Shown: positions 1 through 9,976 of the stretch, one piece after another
Layout of the letters: every line of letters starts with the position of its first letter
Numbering within the stretch: position 1 is the first letter of the stretch
IMG/VR virus record: IMGVR_UViG_3300006033_000017
Source: a virus
Lineage: Duplodnaviria; Heunggongvirae; Uroviricota; Caudoviricetes
Direction: 5' to 3' (one strand)
DNA length: 64,000 nucleotides
Program-made: the position numbers and the translations under genes
Notes under the pieces: model-generated
What the model was told of the DNA's origin: nothing
The model's input: only the letters and a program-made list of their open reading frames with translations
Databases searched by the model: none

Positions 1-73
1 TTGCTTGTCCTCGCCAAAGACATGAACAACGACATCGACACAGATCGTCTTTTCATTAAGCTGCATCACTACC

Positions 74-457
74 TCACTTGTAGTAATTCTCGGGCGTATC
101 TAGGTCGATGTCCATAATGACGATATAGCGATAAGCTTCAATATCTTCCGGGGCTAGAGCATGGATGGACCAGTCATCCCCCTCAAGTTCGTCGGGGTAT
201 TCTATCCCGTCCTCTAGGGTACTTTTGATAGTCCATCCAGTACCGCCCATAATACTCTCATAAAGAGCATCTAGGTCAATGTTAGGATTATCGCAGACCC
301 AACACCTTGCGGTATCAAAGTCATGAACGGGGAGATCCTGACGATAGATAAGTCCCTGCTCTTGAAGAACAGCAAGCTCTTTGGCAAGGGTTGCGAAGGA
401 AGGATCACCCTGCTCAGTGGAGCAGAAATGGATTTCGGCTACTCTGATGGTACACAT
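74..457 (-). CDS. hypothetical protein (127 aa)
   Basis: ORF in dense minus-strand gene array; acidic; no recognisable motif. Confidence 0.4.
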   Translation of the reverse strand: MCTIRVAEIHFCSTEQGDPSFATLAKELAVLQEQGLIYRQDLPVHDFDTARCWVCDNPNIDLDALYESIMGGTGWTIKSTLEDGIEYPDELEGDDWSIHALAPEDIEAYRYIVIMDIDLDTPENYYK

Positions 458-990
458 GTTTCTTGTTCCTTTACGAATGCTTTAGCAATTCTAATTGGCT
501 CAGCCGAAGCTCGGATCAACGCCTCTATTCCGCTAATGGTCATCAAGGCAAAAACGATCACGTTTTCCTTTAGGGATGAGTCATATTGTCTTAGATATTT
601 GATTGTAGCTCTTTTACGTAACCATAGTTCCACCTTATACTGCCAGCGCTCAAACCAATTTCGTGGCGTTTCCGGCAGATGGATATGGAACAGTATATAG
701 GGATTATCAAAATACAACATCCTCAGAGAAAAGGAGTATGCATTCCTCAAATCACGATCTTGTTCATCCATGAAACGAGCAATTGCTTGGGGTTGTTTTG
801 CATACACCTCTTCTGATAAAATATATGGATGAACTATTTCATCTATATGATCTTCCATATATTGCTTAGCTTCTTGTTTTGTCATTTTAGGCTTCTTCAT
901 TGACTGCGGGGCCGAAAAGATATTCAAGGATTGCCACAGCCTCATCAATGAGCTTAAGAGGTTCATTATCGACGCTAGGATTGAACCCAT
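439..990 (-). CDS. hypothetical protein; true start probably near 885-900 (MKKPKM/MTKQ), which removes the overlap
   Basis: ORF overlaps the upstream gene by ~100 nt; an internal Met lies just after the upstream stop. Confidence 0.4.
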   Translation of the reverse strand: MGSILASIMNLLSSLMRLWQSLNIFSAPQSMKKPKMTKQEAKQYMEDHIDEIVHPYILSEEVYAKQPQAIARFMDEQDRDLRNAYSFSLRMLYFDNPYILFHIHLPETPRNWFERWQYKVELWLRKRATIKYLRQYDSSLKENVIVFALMTISGIEALIRASAEPIRIAKAFVKEQETCVPSE

Positions 991-1348
991 AAATGGGGCA
1001 GATCCCCAGGACTTCCTTTACGGAGTCCCACTCGTCACAGCACTTGGAGATTTCTAGATCAAATGCGTCCTCGGCGTCCCCGACCCGACTTGGCTTCATA
1101 TCATAGAACAGTTCCGTGATAGCCTTACCATACTCGTTATTATCATCTTCTAGTTGGTAATATACCGTACAGTAATCATCATCAATCCAAGAAAATACGC
1201 AGGTAATGTTACCTTTATAGTCGTCAACTTGAATTGGGATTACCAAATAGCGATCTTCCTGGAGCCTGTTAAACTCCGCGCGCAAATTGACAATGCGGCG
1301 CTCTAGTTCATTGCGGGGCGGGTTCAAACTGGTAATCTCTGTACTCAT
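887..1348 (-). CDS. hypothetical protein (153 aa)
   Basis: ORF packed tightly with neighbours; no motif. Confidence 0.45.
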   Translation of the reverse strand: MSTEITSLNPPRNELERRIVNLRAEFNRLQEDRYLVIPIQVDDYKGNITCVFSWIDDDYCTVYYQLEDDNNEYGKAITELFYDMKPSRVGDAEDAFDLEISKCCDEWDSVKEVLGICPIYGFNPSVDNEPLKLIDEAVAILEYLFGPAVNEEA

Positions 1349-1359
1349 CTCTTGACTCC

Positions 1360-1881
1360 TTATAGAAAGACAGACTTCACATAGTCCATTACGGTAGTCG
1401 GCAACGCTACTTCTAGGTATTCAATTTCTTCCGCATTCGGGTTGGGGCGTTTCACTAGTTGGCGGATCTTTGTGGAAGAATAGCTGAACCGTGAGGGCAA
1501 CAGAATAGTAGGCAACCCACATCGTGCCCTATTGAAATCGGCAATCTTACGTTCGTATTCATAATCTTCGCTATTACGAACGCCGCGCACCAAAGCATTG
1601 ACGCCGCATTGTACCGCGACATCAACGGTGTATCCCTCATAGGAGAAGACATCATAAATCGAGTCTGATGGGCAATCCGCGAGAATATCCCACCACAGAT
1701 TAATCGTGGTTTCAAAACTCAGTAGTCGTTGCGGCTTCTCTGCATTGACGCCAATACCAACAATGACTTCGGCACCCATTTGCAAACATTGATTCACAAG
1801 GTCAAGATGCCCCTTATGAGGGGGATCGAAAGTGCCAGCATAAAACAGTTTCATTTCAACTCTTCCAGGGATTGTTGTCAA
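1360..1881 (-). CDS. phosphopantetheine adenylyltransferase-like cytidylyltransferase (CoaD-like)
   Basis: N-terminal GTFDPPHKGH (T/HxGH nucleotidyltransferase motif). RGVRNSEDYEYE matches the CoaD RGLRxxxDFEYE signature. C-terminal YSSTKIRQ matches the ISSTxVRE motif. Confidence 0.6.
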   Translation of the reverse strand: MTTIPGRVEMKLFYAGTFDPPHKGHLDLVNQCLQMGAEVIVGIGVNAEKPQRLLSFETTINLWWDILADCPSDSIYDVFSYEGYTVDVAVQCGVNALVRGVRNSEDYEYERKIADFNRARCGLPTILLPSRFSYSSTKIRQLVKRPNPNAEEIEYLEVALPTTVMDYVKSVFL

Positions 1882-2461
1882 ACAATGACGTAAGGGTATC
1901 TACCAAGAGATTAAACTGACTCAACTGATTCTCCAAGTCATCCAAGACAAAACAAGGCATACGGAATCGCTTTAAGCCTTCCTTACTTAGCCCATAGATT
2001 GTCTTGTGGCTTTCAAACTGCATCCCTAGAATCTTCTGTTGGAAAGGGATTGTGCCATCATTGGGGTTAGCGTGCTTTTCTACCTTCAGGCGACCCAATT
2101 CTGCGCTAAGAGGGGCCATCGCGCGGTTACATTGATCACAAATAGATTCAAGGTCTCGAATCAACCCCTCATGTTCTGCCATCAGATGCTCCCGGCGAGC
2201 AACCAGGGGCTTCTGCTGTTTCTTGGCTAACTTACGCTCCTGTTGGAATTGATCAATGTAAGACCATGGGATTACGAAAGGCTCCGAACATACCTCATGA
2301 ACACCATAAGACTTAATGTAATTCGCGCCATCAACAGTAAATCCAACAAATCGATAAGAAACGTTCGAGTCCGAAAGTTGATACGCCCTCCGTACTTCAT
2401 CCATATCCAATTTGTCGTGCAGTTGTTCAATTCTAGCCTGTAGTTTCGTTACTCGCATCAT
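1856..2461 (-). CDS. hypothetical protein (201 aa)
   Basis: ORF; start overlaps upstream stop; no motif. Confidence 0.45.
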   Translation of the reverse strand: MMRVTKLQARIEQLHDKLDMDEVRRAYQLSDSNVSYRFVGFTVDGANYIKSYGVHEVCSEPFVIPWSYIDQFQQERKLAKKQQKPLVARREHLMAEHEGLIRDLESICDQCNRAMAPLSAELGRLKVEKHANPNDGTIPFQQKILGMQFESHKTIYGLSKEGLKRFRMPCFVLDDLENQLSQFNLLVDTLTSLFDNNPWKS

Positions 2462-2857
2462 TTACCTTCTTCCCGCAGCGGGCTTCATCGTTTGGAACTT
2501 AAATCCGATAACGTCTTTCTGACGATCAACTAAAACGAGTACAATACGGGGAACCTTAATGTCCAACAATGGCCCCCGAAGAAGATTCTCGATATTGATG
2601 TTAACACCAGACATCAATAGCCTAAAGACTACATCGTTAATCTTCTGCCCTGGTGGCGTAGCTTCTTCAAGGAGCCAGGGCCACATCTTAATGTAGTTGG
2701 CTATCTCATTAATGACGTGTAGAACATTAGACTCGTGACGGACGTATCCTGTGTCAACTCTTTCGGCACACGCAATGAGCGCCAACATATCTTCACGGTC
2801 TTTAGGGTCCTGAAGTCGCCAAATTCTCCTGATATCAAATTCCATGATTATCCCCAA
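2462..2857 (-). CDS. hypothetical protein (131 aa)
   Basis: ORF abutting neighbours. Confidence 0.45.
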   Translation of the reverse strand: MGIIMEFDIRRIWRLQDPKDREDMLALIACAERVDTGYVRHESNVLHVINEIANYIKMWPWLLEEATPPGQKINDVVFRLLMSGVNINIENLLRGPLLDIKVPRIVLVLVDRQKDVIGFKFQTMKPAAGRR

Positions 2858-3553
2858 TTACTCATCCCACTCAGTTAGTAGGTCGGGCAAGCCAATCGCC
2901 TTCAAATCGTTAGCTGTCCACTCTTTTGTTGGAAGGATAACAGTTGCGGTTCTCCAGATATTTGAGCCCAACAGGGTACCATTGCCAGAGCCAAATAGCT
3001 TCATGGCTTCTTGATCATTCGTGGCCCTAACTGCTTCTACTCGCAGTTCGACGGAAATCTCACCAATAAACATTTCGCCTCGTTCAGCGACATCTACAGG
3101 TTCACCTACCTCATACATGAGATAACGAAGAGCATTGAGTTGCGGATCTTCGGCGTGAAAGAATGTTGGATCAAAACCTTCCCCGATAGAGTAGGGCACT
3201 TCCTCAAGATTGCCATCTATAAGCTGATACACCTTGACTTGCTTGTAGTCAATCGCTGCACCAGGGTTATATCCTAGAAGATTAGGATCGTATTTCCCCC
3301 TAAAATCATGAAGGAGACACCGAAGATTCAACTCCCTTATAGGCTCAATCTGATTAACGACAATAAACGAACCCTTTTCAAAAACACCAAACATCGGGTT
3401 GTTCAAATAACACTGCATAGCCCTGGTTTGACTAGAAGGCACTAAATTCGAATGAAAAAAGCCTCTAGATGCAGGCCACTGATCGGTTGGTAGATGTGTT
3501 GCATCTGTTAACACGATAATATATTTCACAGGAGTTGTCATCGTTGCTTCCAA
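2858..3553 (-). CDS. hypothetical protein (231 aa)
   Basis: ORF; no motif recognised. Confidence 0.45.
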   Translation of the reverse strand: MEATMTTPVKYIIVLTDATHLPTDQWPASRGFFHSNLVPSSQTRAMQCYLNNPMFGVFEKGSFIVVNQIEPIRELNLRCLLHDFRGKYDPNLLGYNPGAAIDYKQVKVYQLIDGNLEEVPYSIGEGFDPTFFHAEDPQLNALRYLMYEVGEPVDVAERGEMFIGEISVELRVEAVRATNDQEAMKLFGSGNGTLLGSNIWRTATVILPTKEWTANDLKAIGLPDLLTEWDE

Positions 3554-3969
3554 TCATCTGAAATCTTCTGGTACTTTTCCATCAAAGCAGGATACTTCTC
3601 AATGACGGGTTTATCCAAAAACTCAATTACTTGTTCGGGCGTTAGTAGATTAACTGCCCAGTCCAGAACATCCTGAGTTGCTTCGCCATGACACAAAATC
3701 TGCAAAGCATAATGCAGTTGCCTACAAGCAACCTGTTCCTGAAGAACTTCTAGCTTAACAGGGAGCTTACTAATTACAGCAGCATCCACCTGAAGTGCAT
3801 GGTAATTAGAATGCGAAAGATCGGCTCCGGTATCAAGTCCACAACGAGCAATTTCTGTTCGTTCAGCATCCGACAAACCGCACCAATCCTTATAAGTAAA
3901 ATTCCAAGGCTCAACAATTGGACACATCATAGTCTTCCTAACCTTGAAGTTGTCGTTCCCAATCTTCAT
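3538..3969 (-). CDS. hypothetical protein (143 aa)
   Basis: ORF. Confidence 0.4.
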   Translation of the reverse strand: MKIGNDNFKVRKTMMCPIVEPWNFTYKDWCGLSDAERTEIARCGLDTGADLSHSNYHALQVDAAVISKLPVKLEVLQEQVACRQLHYALQILCHGEATQDVLDWAVNLLTPEQVIEFLDKPVIEKYPALMEKYQKISDDWKQR

Positions 3970-4153
3970 CAGTCATAGGCTTGGGGTTGATCACATCTTC
4001 TATGATCTGATCCCCTTCTTTGAGTTGCTCGGGCGTTAATTCAGCAGCCAAAGCATCTACAGCAGAAACCTTTTCCGTGCCTCTAGAGGCAACAATATCC
4101 ATAATACGCCGAATACTTGACTGAGGCATTACTTTGTCTCCGGCTTGTAACAC
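3938..4153 (-). CDS. hypothetical small protein (71 aa)
   Basis: short ORF bridging two genes on the same strand. Confidence 0.3.
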   Translation of the reverse strand: MLQAGDKVMPQSSIRRIMDIVASRGTEKVSAVDALAAELTPEQLKEGDQIIEDVINPKPMTDEDWERQLQG

Positions 4154-4683
4154 AACTCATACGGTTGATTCGACGTTTCAGGGATGAGCTTAACAAGCTC
4201 GGTCATAAAGGATTGCTCTTGCCGCAGAGTCTCTTGCAACGCTTTACCAAAAGCGTCATAGTAAAACATCACATCCAGCTCAGAATAAGCTCGCGTTGTA
4301 ACATCGGCGTATGCCAACTCCATTTTCCGCTTGGCTTCCTCAGTCTTAACATAAAAATCGCAATACCGCCAAACAGTACGCATCAATTCACTTACAAGAT
4401 CCTCTAGGCGCTCCCAGTTGCTGCACTTCTTGTCAACCACTGCCGACAATAGCTTGCTGGTGTTGTCGGCCCATTGGTTTTGAAGTTGGCGAAGGGTCGC
4501 CAGTTTACTAGCTAGATTATTCCATCGAAGCTTATTCTCGTCAGTGCTCTTACTGACAAAAAGAGCACCAGCCTCTGACAGATCGGTCTTAGCATCGTCA
4601 ATTCGCAGTCGGATCCCCGCCAAATACTTCATGTTACCAATGATACCGCAAATACAACCATATTGCATTCCAGTCTCCCTCAT
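4129..4683 (-). CDS. hypothetical protein (184 aa)
   Basis: ORF preceded on the minus strand by a TTGACA-N18-TACAAT promoter (plus coordinates 4689..4718). Confidence 0.5.
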   Translation of the reverse strand: MRETGMQYGCICGIIGNMKYLAGIRLRIDDAKTDLSEAGALFVSKSTDENKLRWNNLASKLATLRQLQNQWADNTSKLLSAVVDKKCSNWERLEDLVSELMRTVWRYCDFYVKTEEAKRKMELAYADVTTRAYSELDVMFYYDAFGKALQETLRQEQSFMTELVKLIPETSNQPYELCYKPETK

Positions 4684-4688
4684 CTCTT

Positions 4689-4718
4689 ATTGTATCATAG
4701 GTGGCAGGCGGATGTCAA
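4689..4718 (-). promoter_or_regulatory. sigma70-like promoter (TTGACA-N18-TACAAT) inside a GTCAAGC motif
   Basis: minus-strand reading gcTTGACAtccgcctgccacctatgaTACAAT, ~25 nt upstream of the ATG of the 4129..4683 gene. Confidence 0.5.
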
Positions 4719-4733
4719 GCTATACAATTGGCG

Positions 4734-4997
4734 CTATTGATCCCTATCGGGTAAAGGTTGGAATGTAAATGATGTTTGCACGGTTACTTTCACAATCTGA
4801 AAATTACCTAGAGTTTCCTCATATTCTAGTTTCAAATCACGAAGCTGCTGAGGATCGTATACCTTGTATGCCTCATCAACATCTTCTACTAGTTCACCAC
4901 TACTAACATTTTCTCGACTCGCATATCCAACACAAACACAAGAATCGCTCAAAACGTAAAAACATTCACGCGGCATCTTCTGTCTCCTTAATCTCAT
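4734..4997 (-). CDS. hypothetical protein (87 aa)
   Basis: ORF. Confidence 0.35.
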   Translation of the reverse strand: MRLRRQKMPRECFYVLSDSCVCVGYASRENVSSGELVEDVDEAYKVYDPQQLRDLKLEYEETLGNFQIVKVTVQTSFTFQPLPDRDQ

Positions 4998-5346
4998 ACT
5001 CAGCTAGACTATCAATGAACTTACAAGCATCTTCTATTATTGGGCCATACTTAACTACCCCAGAAACTTTCGACATAGCAATAGACTCTAGGAAACCTAC
5101 ATGAGTTAAGTATTCATCTTTATTCATGGCGGGGGTCTTAAGGATTACTGTGAGTACGGCACCATTCTCATTCAGATCATGGGTAATGGCCTCAACAATA
5201 TGGCTTCTATCGCGAATGATGATGGTATTACCAACTTCAGGCATTACATGATCATTGTCGAGATCCACAAACCAGCTAAGTAAAAGGGGAATAGAGTAGC
5301 CATTAATACGTACCCGTCCCGTGATACGCACAATTCTATTGCTCAT
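4966..5346 (-). CDS. hypothetical protein (126 aa)
   Basis: ORF. Confidence 0.4.
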   Translation of the reverse strand: MSNRIVRITGRVRINGYSIPLLLSWFVDLDNDHVMPEVGNTIIIRDRSHIVEAITHDLNENGAVLTVILKTPAMNKDEYLTHVGFLESIAMSKVSGVVKYGPIIEDACKFIDSLAEYEIKETEDAA

Positions 5347-5690
5347 TATAGTGCCCTCAATTTGCTCGTTAGTGTCATAATAATGGTTATCATAACTTCT
5401 TCTAGCGAGAAGTTTGCATCAGGGTAGTCACTTTCGGCCCACTGCCAACCCGGCCCAAATGTTTCATTTCCCAGATTAAACTCCCAATAATATTCCCATA
5501 GAGGTGGACCATCCTTATGTAGAATACCAAGATAGGTGGAATTATAACTTGCAGTTTTCACTACGAGTACTAAGTCGTGCTTTTGGATTAGTGGGCTACA
5601 TACAGACCCCACAATAAGACTAGTAAGTTGATTGGCTAGGAATTCTCCTGGCCCAATGGCTGCCATACTCTGAATTTGTCCTACTGTCAT
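5346..5690 (-). CDS. hypothetical protein (114 aa)
   Basis: ORF; stop/start overlap with neighbours. Confidence 0.4.
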   Translation of the reverse strand: MTVGQIQSMAAIGPGEFLANQLTSLIVGSVCSPLIQKHDLVLVVKTASYNSTYLGILHKDGPPLWEYYWEFNLGNETFGPGWQWAESDYPDANFSLEEVMITIIMTLTSKLRAL

Positions 5691-6094
5691 TACAGTCCCC
5701 TAAACTCACTATTCTTGTAAACCGATTTACCATCCACAAAAATCTCTAGTTGTTTAACATCCATGAAATAATCATCATTCGTTATCGTACATACTTGACC
5801 AATGCTATACTTATCGAACTTAGCCTTAGTCACATAAATGCGTCTTTTACCTATAGACGAATACATGGCTCTCGCGACTAAAACATAGTCCTTATCATCC
5901 TTGTATTTCCAGACCTCAGGTTGTTTGGTTTTTGGATTGCGCCTACCCACAGTAAAGGCTTCGGGCGGCTCTACAACCTTAGAAATAACCCTCCAAGCAG
6001 TCGGATACGCCGCGCATCCACCTACTAGGTAGACGGGAATGAATAACAAGCCCGCAGCGGCGAGTAACAGGAGTAGTCGAGATAAGAACTTCAT
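5690..6094 (-). CDS. membrane-anchored hypothetical protein (N-terminal TM helix)
   Basis: N-terminus LLLLLAAAGLLFIPVYLVGG is hydrophobic. Confidence 0.45.
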   Translation of the reverse strand: MKFLSRLLLLLAAAGLLFIPVYLVGGCAAYPTAWRVISKVVEPPEAFTVGRRNPKTKQPEVWKYKDDKDYVLVARAMYSSIGKRRIYVTKAKFDKYSIGQVCTITNDDYFMDVKQLEIFVDGKSVYKNSEFRGL

Positions 6095-6774
6095 GCGAAA
6101 ATGTTATACCCTTTAGAGGCTTTTACAATCCTCCTATAATCAGGCATGTTGACTTTTTGCCCATAAACATAATAGTCCTTTGTGCATCTCCTAAAGAGAC
6201 CGAAGATGCCCTTAGAGTGATAGGTAATCACAGCGGGGCCATTCAGGCGGTGCAACTTGTCTTGGTAATACCACATTTCGACGTTGCCACGCTGATAAGC
6301 GGGGCCACGATCATAATCAAAATCACCATTAGGGGTATGGATTGTTTGGGTATGCCTCCCGGCGGGATCGATATCGGTTACCACATAGTGCTGAGTATCG
6401 AACATGATATAGCGAACATAGTACGGTTTCAAAGAGTTATAGCTGGAGTTGTGAACAATATGCCACCATTCAGGGTCTTGAGGCGTAATGAACTTTGAAA
6501 AGGTTGCCTTCCTAACTTTCATATGTCCATTAGGTGTGCCGTCCTTATGTACGCCCCAAGAAACAATATCCATGTCATCGACATGAAGCAAAACCAACAG
6601 TCTTCCACTAAGTGCAAGAATGGGATTGATCGCGAGCCGATCATAGATGTGTGCGTTAAGGTTAATCACCGAGAACGTATCTTCAAATGGCACAACCGGA
6701 CTATTAGGGTCGCATACGAACCTTTTGATGTCCACGCCGCCTAAGTTCTTGGTTACAAACTTTGCAACATACAT
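6091..6774 (-). CDS. hypothetical protein (227 aa) with a MORN-like variant repeat
   Basis: C-terminal HRLNGPAVITYHSKG...YYVYGQKV resembles phage MORN-type repeats. Confidence 0.4.
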   Translation of the reverse strand: MYVAKFVTKNLGGVDIKRFVCDPNSPVVPFEDTFSVINLNAHIYDRLAINPILALSGRLLVLLHVDDMDIVSWGVHKDGTPNGHMKVRKATFSKFITPQDPEWWHIVHNSSYNSLKPYYVRYIMFDTQHYVVTDIDPAGRHTQTIHTPNGDFDYDRGPAYQRGNVEMWYYQDKLHRLNGPAVITYHSKGIFGLFRRCTKDYYVYGQKVNMPDYRRIVKASKGYNIFA

Positions 6775-6784
6775 AGCTCTATCC

Positions 6785-7270
6785 TTAATCGAAACGTGGT
6801 TTATGCTGCAATAGTTGTAGCCGTTCTTTTTCGTATAGGCTGACGATACTATTTGCCCTACGGCGTTCTACTTCTTCAGCCCATAATTTTGACAGTTCTG
6901 CATACCACCAACCCGACTCATGCATAACATCGAACAAACCATATTGTTGCATAAACTCAAGTTCTGTAAGAGTAGTGGCATCTTCTCTAACAGAATTACT
7001 ACACAAGCCCTCACGATCAATCGGTGCTGCGGTTAAAATTAGACGCTTCATTACATAATGATTAACGTCTTCGTGCTTATTGAGTACCAAGAAACAGTTC
7101 TTAGAGAGAAAAACGAGTGTCCCCCAAACAGTGAATTCAACTTCCGTATCTGTAACCACAGTTGGTCGGAACTGATAGACTAAGTGAATACGGCGTTCGT
7201 GTTCTGTTGTGGCAAGCCAATCGATTTCGTCTTGCCGGGAATCCGGTTGATATTCTTTGTTAGTTGACAT
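6785..7270 (-). CDS. hypothetical protein (161 aa)
   Basis: ORF. Confidence 0.4.
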   Translation of the reverse strand: MSTNKEYQPDSRQDEIDWLATTEHERRIHLVYQFRPTVVTDTEVEFTVWGTLVFLSKNCFLVLNKHEDVNHYVMKRLILTAAPIDREGLCSNSVREDATTLTELEFMQQYGLFDVMHESGWWYAELSKLWAEEVERRRANSIVSLYEKERLQLLQHKPRFD

Positions 7271-7274
7271 CGTG

Positions 7275-7592
7275 TTATCCTGGGAGTATTGAGGTAGGAC
7301 GTACAGACATGATCCCTATCTCACGCTTCGTAAGCCATTTCTCAACGTATAGAAGGGTCCATAGTTCACTACGCTCATAATTGGGAACCTCCCATGGACC
7401 ATTAGAAAGCATCGGAACCATCTCTTCGATTAGCTCCTCAGGGGTTGCACAAATCACTTTGCTTTCTGTAATAATGCTAACGTCATCATCAGACATTAAT
7501 CCAATGCGCTCAGAGATTTGCTTGAAAACATCGTTATCATGGCAATCAGCATGAATAACGAAGAGATAGAGTCTCACACGGATATTGTTCAT
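7275..7592 (-). CDS. hypothetical protein (105 aa)
   Basis: ORF. Confidence 0.4.
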   Translation of the reverse strand: MNNIRVRLYLFVIHADCHDNDVFKQISERIGLMSDDDVSIITESKVICATPEELIEEMVPMLSNGPWEVPNYERSELWTLLYVEKWLTKREIGIMSVRPTSILPG

Positions 7593-8398
7593 TAGTCTTT
7601 TCTCCCCACCAATAGCTTAATTGTGGGCCAATGGAACTTCTTAGACTTCTTGTGTTTTTCTTGATCCTTTGTAATCGCATCAGTAAAACGATGATACCCG
7701 TCAATCAGCCAGTACTGTCCACGGCGCGTCAAAGCCACGCCAACGACATCAGGAGCATAAGGATATTTGCCTTGAATCTTCTTCTGATACCCGTCATTAA
7801 AGGTCACTTGATTAACGGGGATATCCTGTATCTCCCATTGACGATCCCTTATGTCATCAAGAAGATAACCATACTCAAGACAAAGGATATGTTCTACCTG
7901 AGCAGCGGGATAGGGAAGACTGAGGAGTTTATCAATTTGCTCAATTGGCTTCTCAGCATCAACTAGGTAAATGCCCTCTAGCTCTTCACCATAATAGCCA
8001 CCCCTAATATGATGGCACCAATACTGGGGATCAAATAGATTATTGATAGTTAGGATGCGATTAATGCAATATCGTTCCAATGGGGTTACCCATGTCCAAA
8101 GATTCGCAATATCATTAAGGTTAATTGACTTTATATCCACATCCTCGATTCGACGACAGCGACAAATGTAGTCGAATCTGTCCTCACATTCACAGGGTGA
8201 ATATTCGTAATCATAATTCATGTAATGAGAAAGATTCTGACCAAGAAAGCTCCTGGCGTTCTTGTATTTCAACGGAGCTATGCCTTGGGGATAATGTAGA
8301 AGGCAATAAGCATCACCCGAAAGATCAGTATAACGCCCCTTATTTCTACAGGGCTTGCCTTGTTTAGTATGAGCTTGGCAATTAGGGATTTGTTTCAT
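7592..8398 (-). CDS. ParB-like nuclease-domain protein
   Basis: C-terminal WLIDGYHRF matches the ParB N-terminal/sulfiredoxin DGxHR motif; Cys/His-rich N-terminus. Confidence 0.45.
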   Translation of the reverse strand: MKQIPNCQAHTKQGKPCRNKGRYTDLSGDAYCLLHYPQGIAPLKYKNARSFLGQNLSHYMNYDYEYSPCECEDRFDYICRCRRIEDVDIKSINLNDIANLWTWVTPLERYCINRILTINNLFDPQYWCHHIRGGYYGEELEGIYLVDAEKPIEQIDKLLSLPYPAAQVEHILCLEYGYLLDDIRDRQWEIQDIPVNQVTFNDGYQKKIQGKYPYAPDVVGVALTRRGQYWLIDGYHRFTDAITKDQEKHKKSKKFHWPTIKLLVGRKD

Positions 8399-8409
8399 GA
8401 GTGTTTTCT

Positions 8410-8730
8410 TTACTGCGCAATAATATCATTTACTCTTGTTAACGCCTCATGGACTTGAGTAATCAACAGTTTAGACACTTTGTGGGAGATTTGATCGTTT
8501 TCCCCAATGAAAGTTCTGCCACCCATAAGGGTGCCAATCAAGATAAAGAAATCAAAAGGCAGAGTCCTCTGAAGCAAAGGAGATTCTCTAACCAACATAT
8601 TGAGTGCGCAGAGTTTATCAAGTGCTTTTAAGGCAGTCTTGGCAGGTTCGTGTTCCGCTTCAAAAAGGAATTGATTGAGATCAAATATGTCTAGCATGGC
8701 GGGCTCTCCAATAGGGATTATAGCGCCCAA
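8410..8730 (-). CDS. hypothetical protein (106 aa)
   Basis: ORF. Confidence 0.35.
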   Translation of the reverse strand: MGAIIPIGEPAMLDIFDLNQFLFEAEHEPAKTALKALDKLCALNMLVRESPLLQRTLPFDFFILIGTLMGGRTFIGENDQISHKVSKLLITQVHEALTRVNDIIAQ

Positions 8731-8739
8731 GGGGCGGAC

Positions 8740-9159
8740 CTACAAGGGGCGTTCGTCAACATCTTGCCAAACCGGCAACACTGATGCACCGAAGGGAATT
8801 TGATACAAAGAGGTCAGGACACGGATATCTACAGCCACATTCCGCTCTCTTTTATCGGCATTGCGCAAACACGCTTCGGGATTGTTTTCGAAACAGATCC
8901 ACTCTACCTCAATGTTTGCTTCGCTAAATATCTTCTTGGCGTATTCTTGTGCGCCGGGCACACAAAGCTGCGGATCTGTGATAACACAAACCTGATGTTC
9001 CAAGAATTGGGGAATCAAACACTTAATATCAGGGTGATGTTTACTAACATCATCATACAGAGGAGCACCGCGAGAAGCGGCAAGACCCTTTGCGTAATGA
9101 GTCTTGCCGCTCCCCGGAAGTCCTACGACAAGGAAGACCTTAGCCATCTTTATTTCCAA
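8740..9159 (-). CDS. P-loop nucleotide/polynucleotide kinase-like protein
   Basis: Walker A VVGLPGSGKTHYAKGL near the N-terminus of a small (139 aa) protein. Confidence 0.5.
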   Translation of the reverse strand: MEIKMAKVFLVVGLPGSGKTHYAKGLAASRGAPLYDDVSKHHPDIKCLIPQFLEHQVCVITDPQLCVPGAQEYAKKIFSEANIEVEWICFENNPEACLRNADKRERNVAVDIRVLTSLYQIPFGASVLPVWQDVDERPL

Positions 9160-9973
9160 CCAAATGCTGACATCTTGCGACAGCCACTTCTAGAGGTAGA
9201 TCGTAGACAATGATACCCAAGACTACCTCCTTCAATACTGCCAATGAGTAGTTTTCTGTATGCTTGGCGATTTCAGTCGCTAGTTGAACACAATTGGGAA
9301 TCATACCACTAATGTTGGCTAGTAGATGTGATACATAAAGCAGTCGCACATCATACCCAGGAGCCACCACCTCAAAAAGAGCATCAACTCTTGATGGTCT
9401 ATGCTTGATCCTATCAGGAATAGCATCGAGGTTATTGGTGGTCATGAGATATACGATACCATCTTTAGTTGCTTTAGCACCATCCAACAAAGCTACAATA
9501 TCTTCTTCATTACTTGAGATATACGAGTCTACATCTTCAATGAAGCCAACCATCGGTCGATTAGGTTCCGTTTGACGAATTACTTCGATACCATCTATGA
9601 AGTCGTCGAAGTCTTCGCAGATCAAGAAGAGACCGTCCTGCTCAATGATTTGCTGACCAACGATTTGTGCAATAGCAGTTTTCCCCATACCGGGCTCACC
9701 ATGCAGCAAAATACCCCGTTGGTGTCGTAGCCCCATCTTACTGTAAATAATAGCATTATCCCAGAATGTAGTGATTGCCCGCACGATATCGTGAGATACA
9801 CTATTGGGGAAGAGATACTTGTTTTCTGTCTGCAATTCTCGCACACAAAGTTGTACCTTATCCTCACGAGAATAATACTCGCTGGCGTAGGCTTGTGCGG
9901 GGAGCTTTGCTGTCGCGCTTTCACAAGTCACATACCCCCCTTGGGACGTAACATACCAAACCTGATTACTCAT
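9140..9973 (-). CDS. AAA+ ATPase
   Basis: Walker A GEPGMGKTAIAQ, Walker B LFLICEDFDD, sensor-1 MTTNN. Confidence 0.65.
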   Translation of the reverse strand: MSNQVWYVTSQGGYVTCESATAKLPAQAYASEYYSREDKVQLCVRELQTENKYLFPNSVSHDIVRAITTFWDNAIIYSKMGLRHQRGILLHGEPGMGKTAIAQIVGQQIIEQDGLFLICEDFDDFIDGIEVIRQTEPNRPMVGFIEDVDSYISSNEEDIVALLDGAKATKDGIVYLMTTNNLDAIPDRIKHRPSRVDALFEVVAPGYDVRLLYVSHLLANISGMIPNCVQLATEIAKHTENYSLAVLKEVVLGIIVYDLPLEVAVARCQHLVGNKDG

Positions 9974-9976
9974 CTC

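Noticed and set aside
1455-1715. 86-aa ORF embedded antisense/out of frame in the CoaD-like gene
   Set aside because: It is fully contained in a gene with strong motif support, and has no ribosome-binding site or motif.
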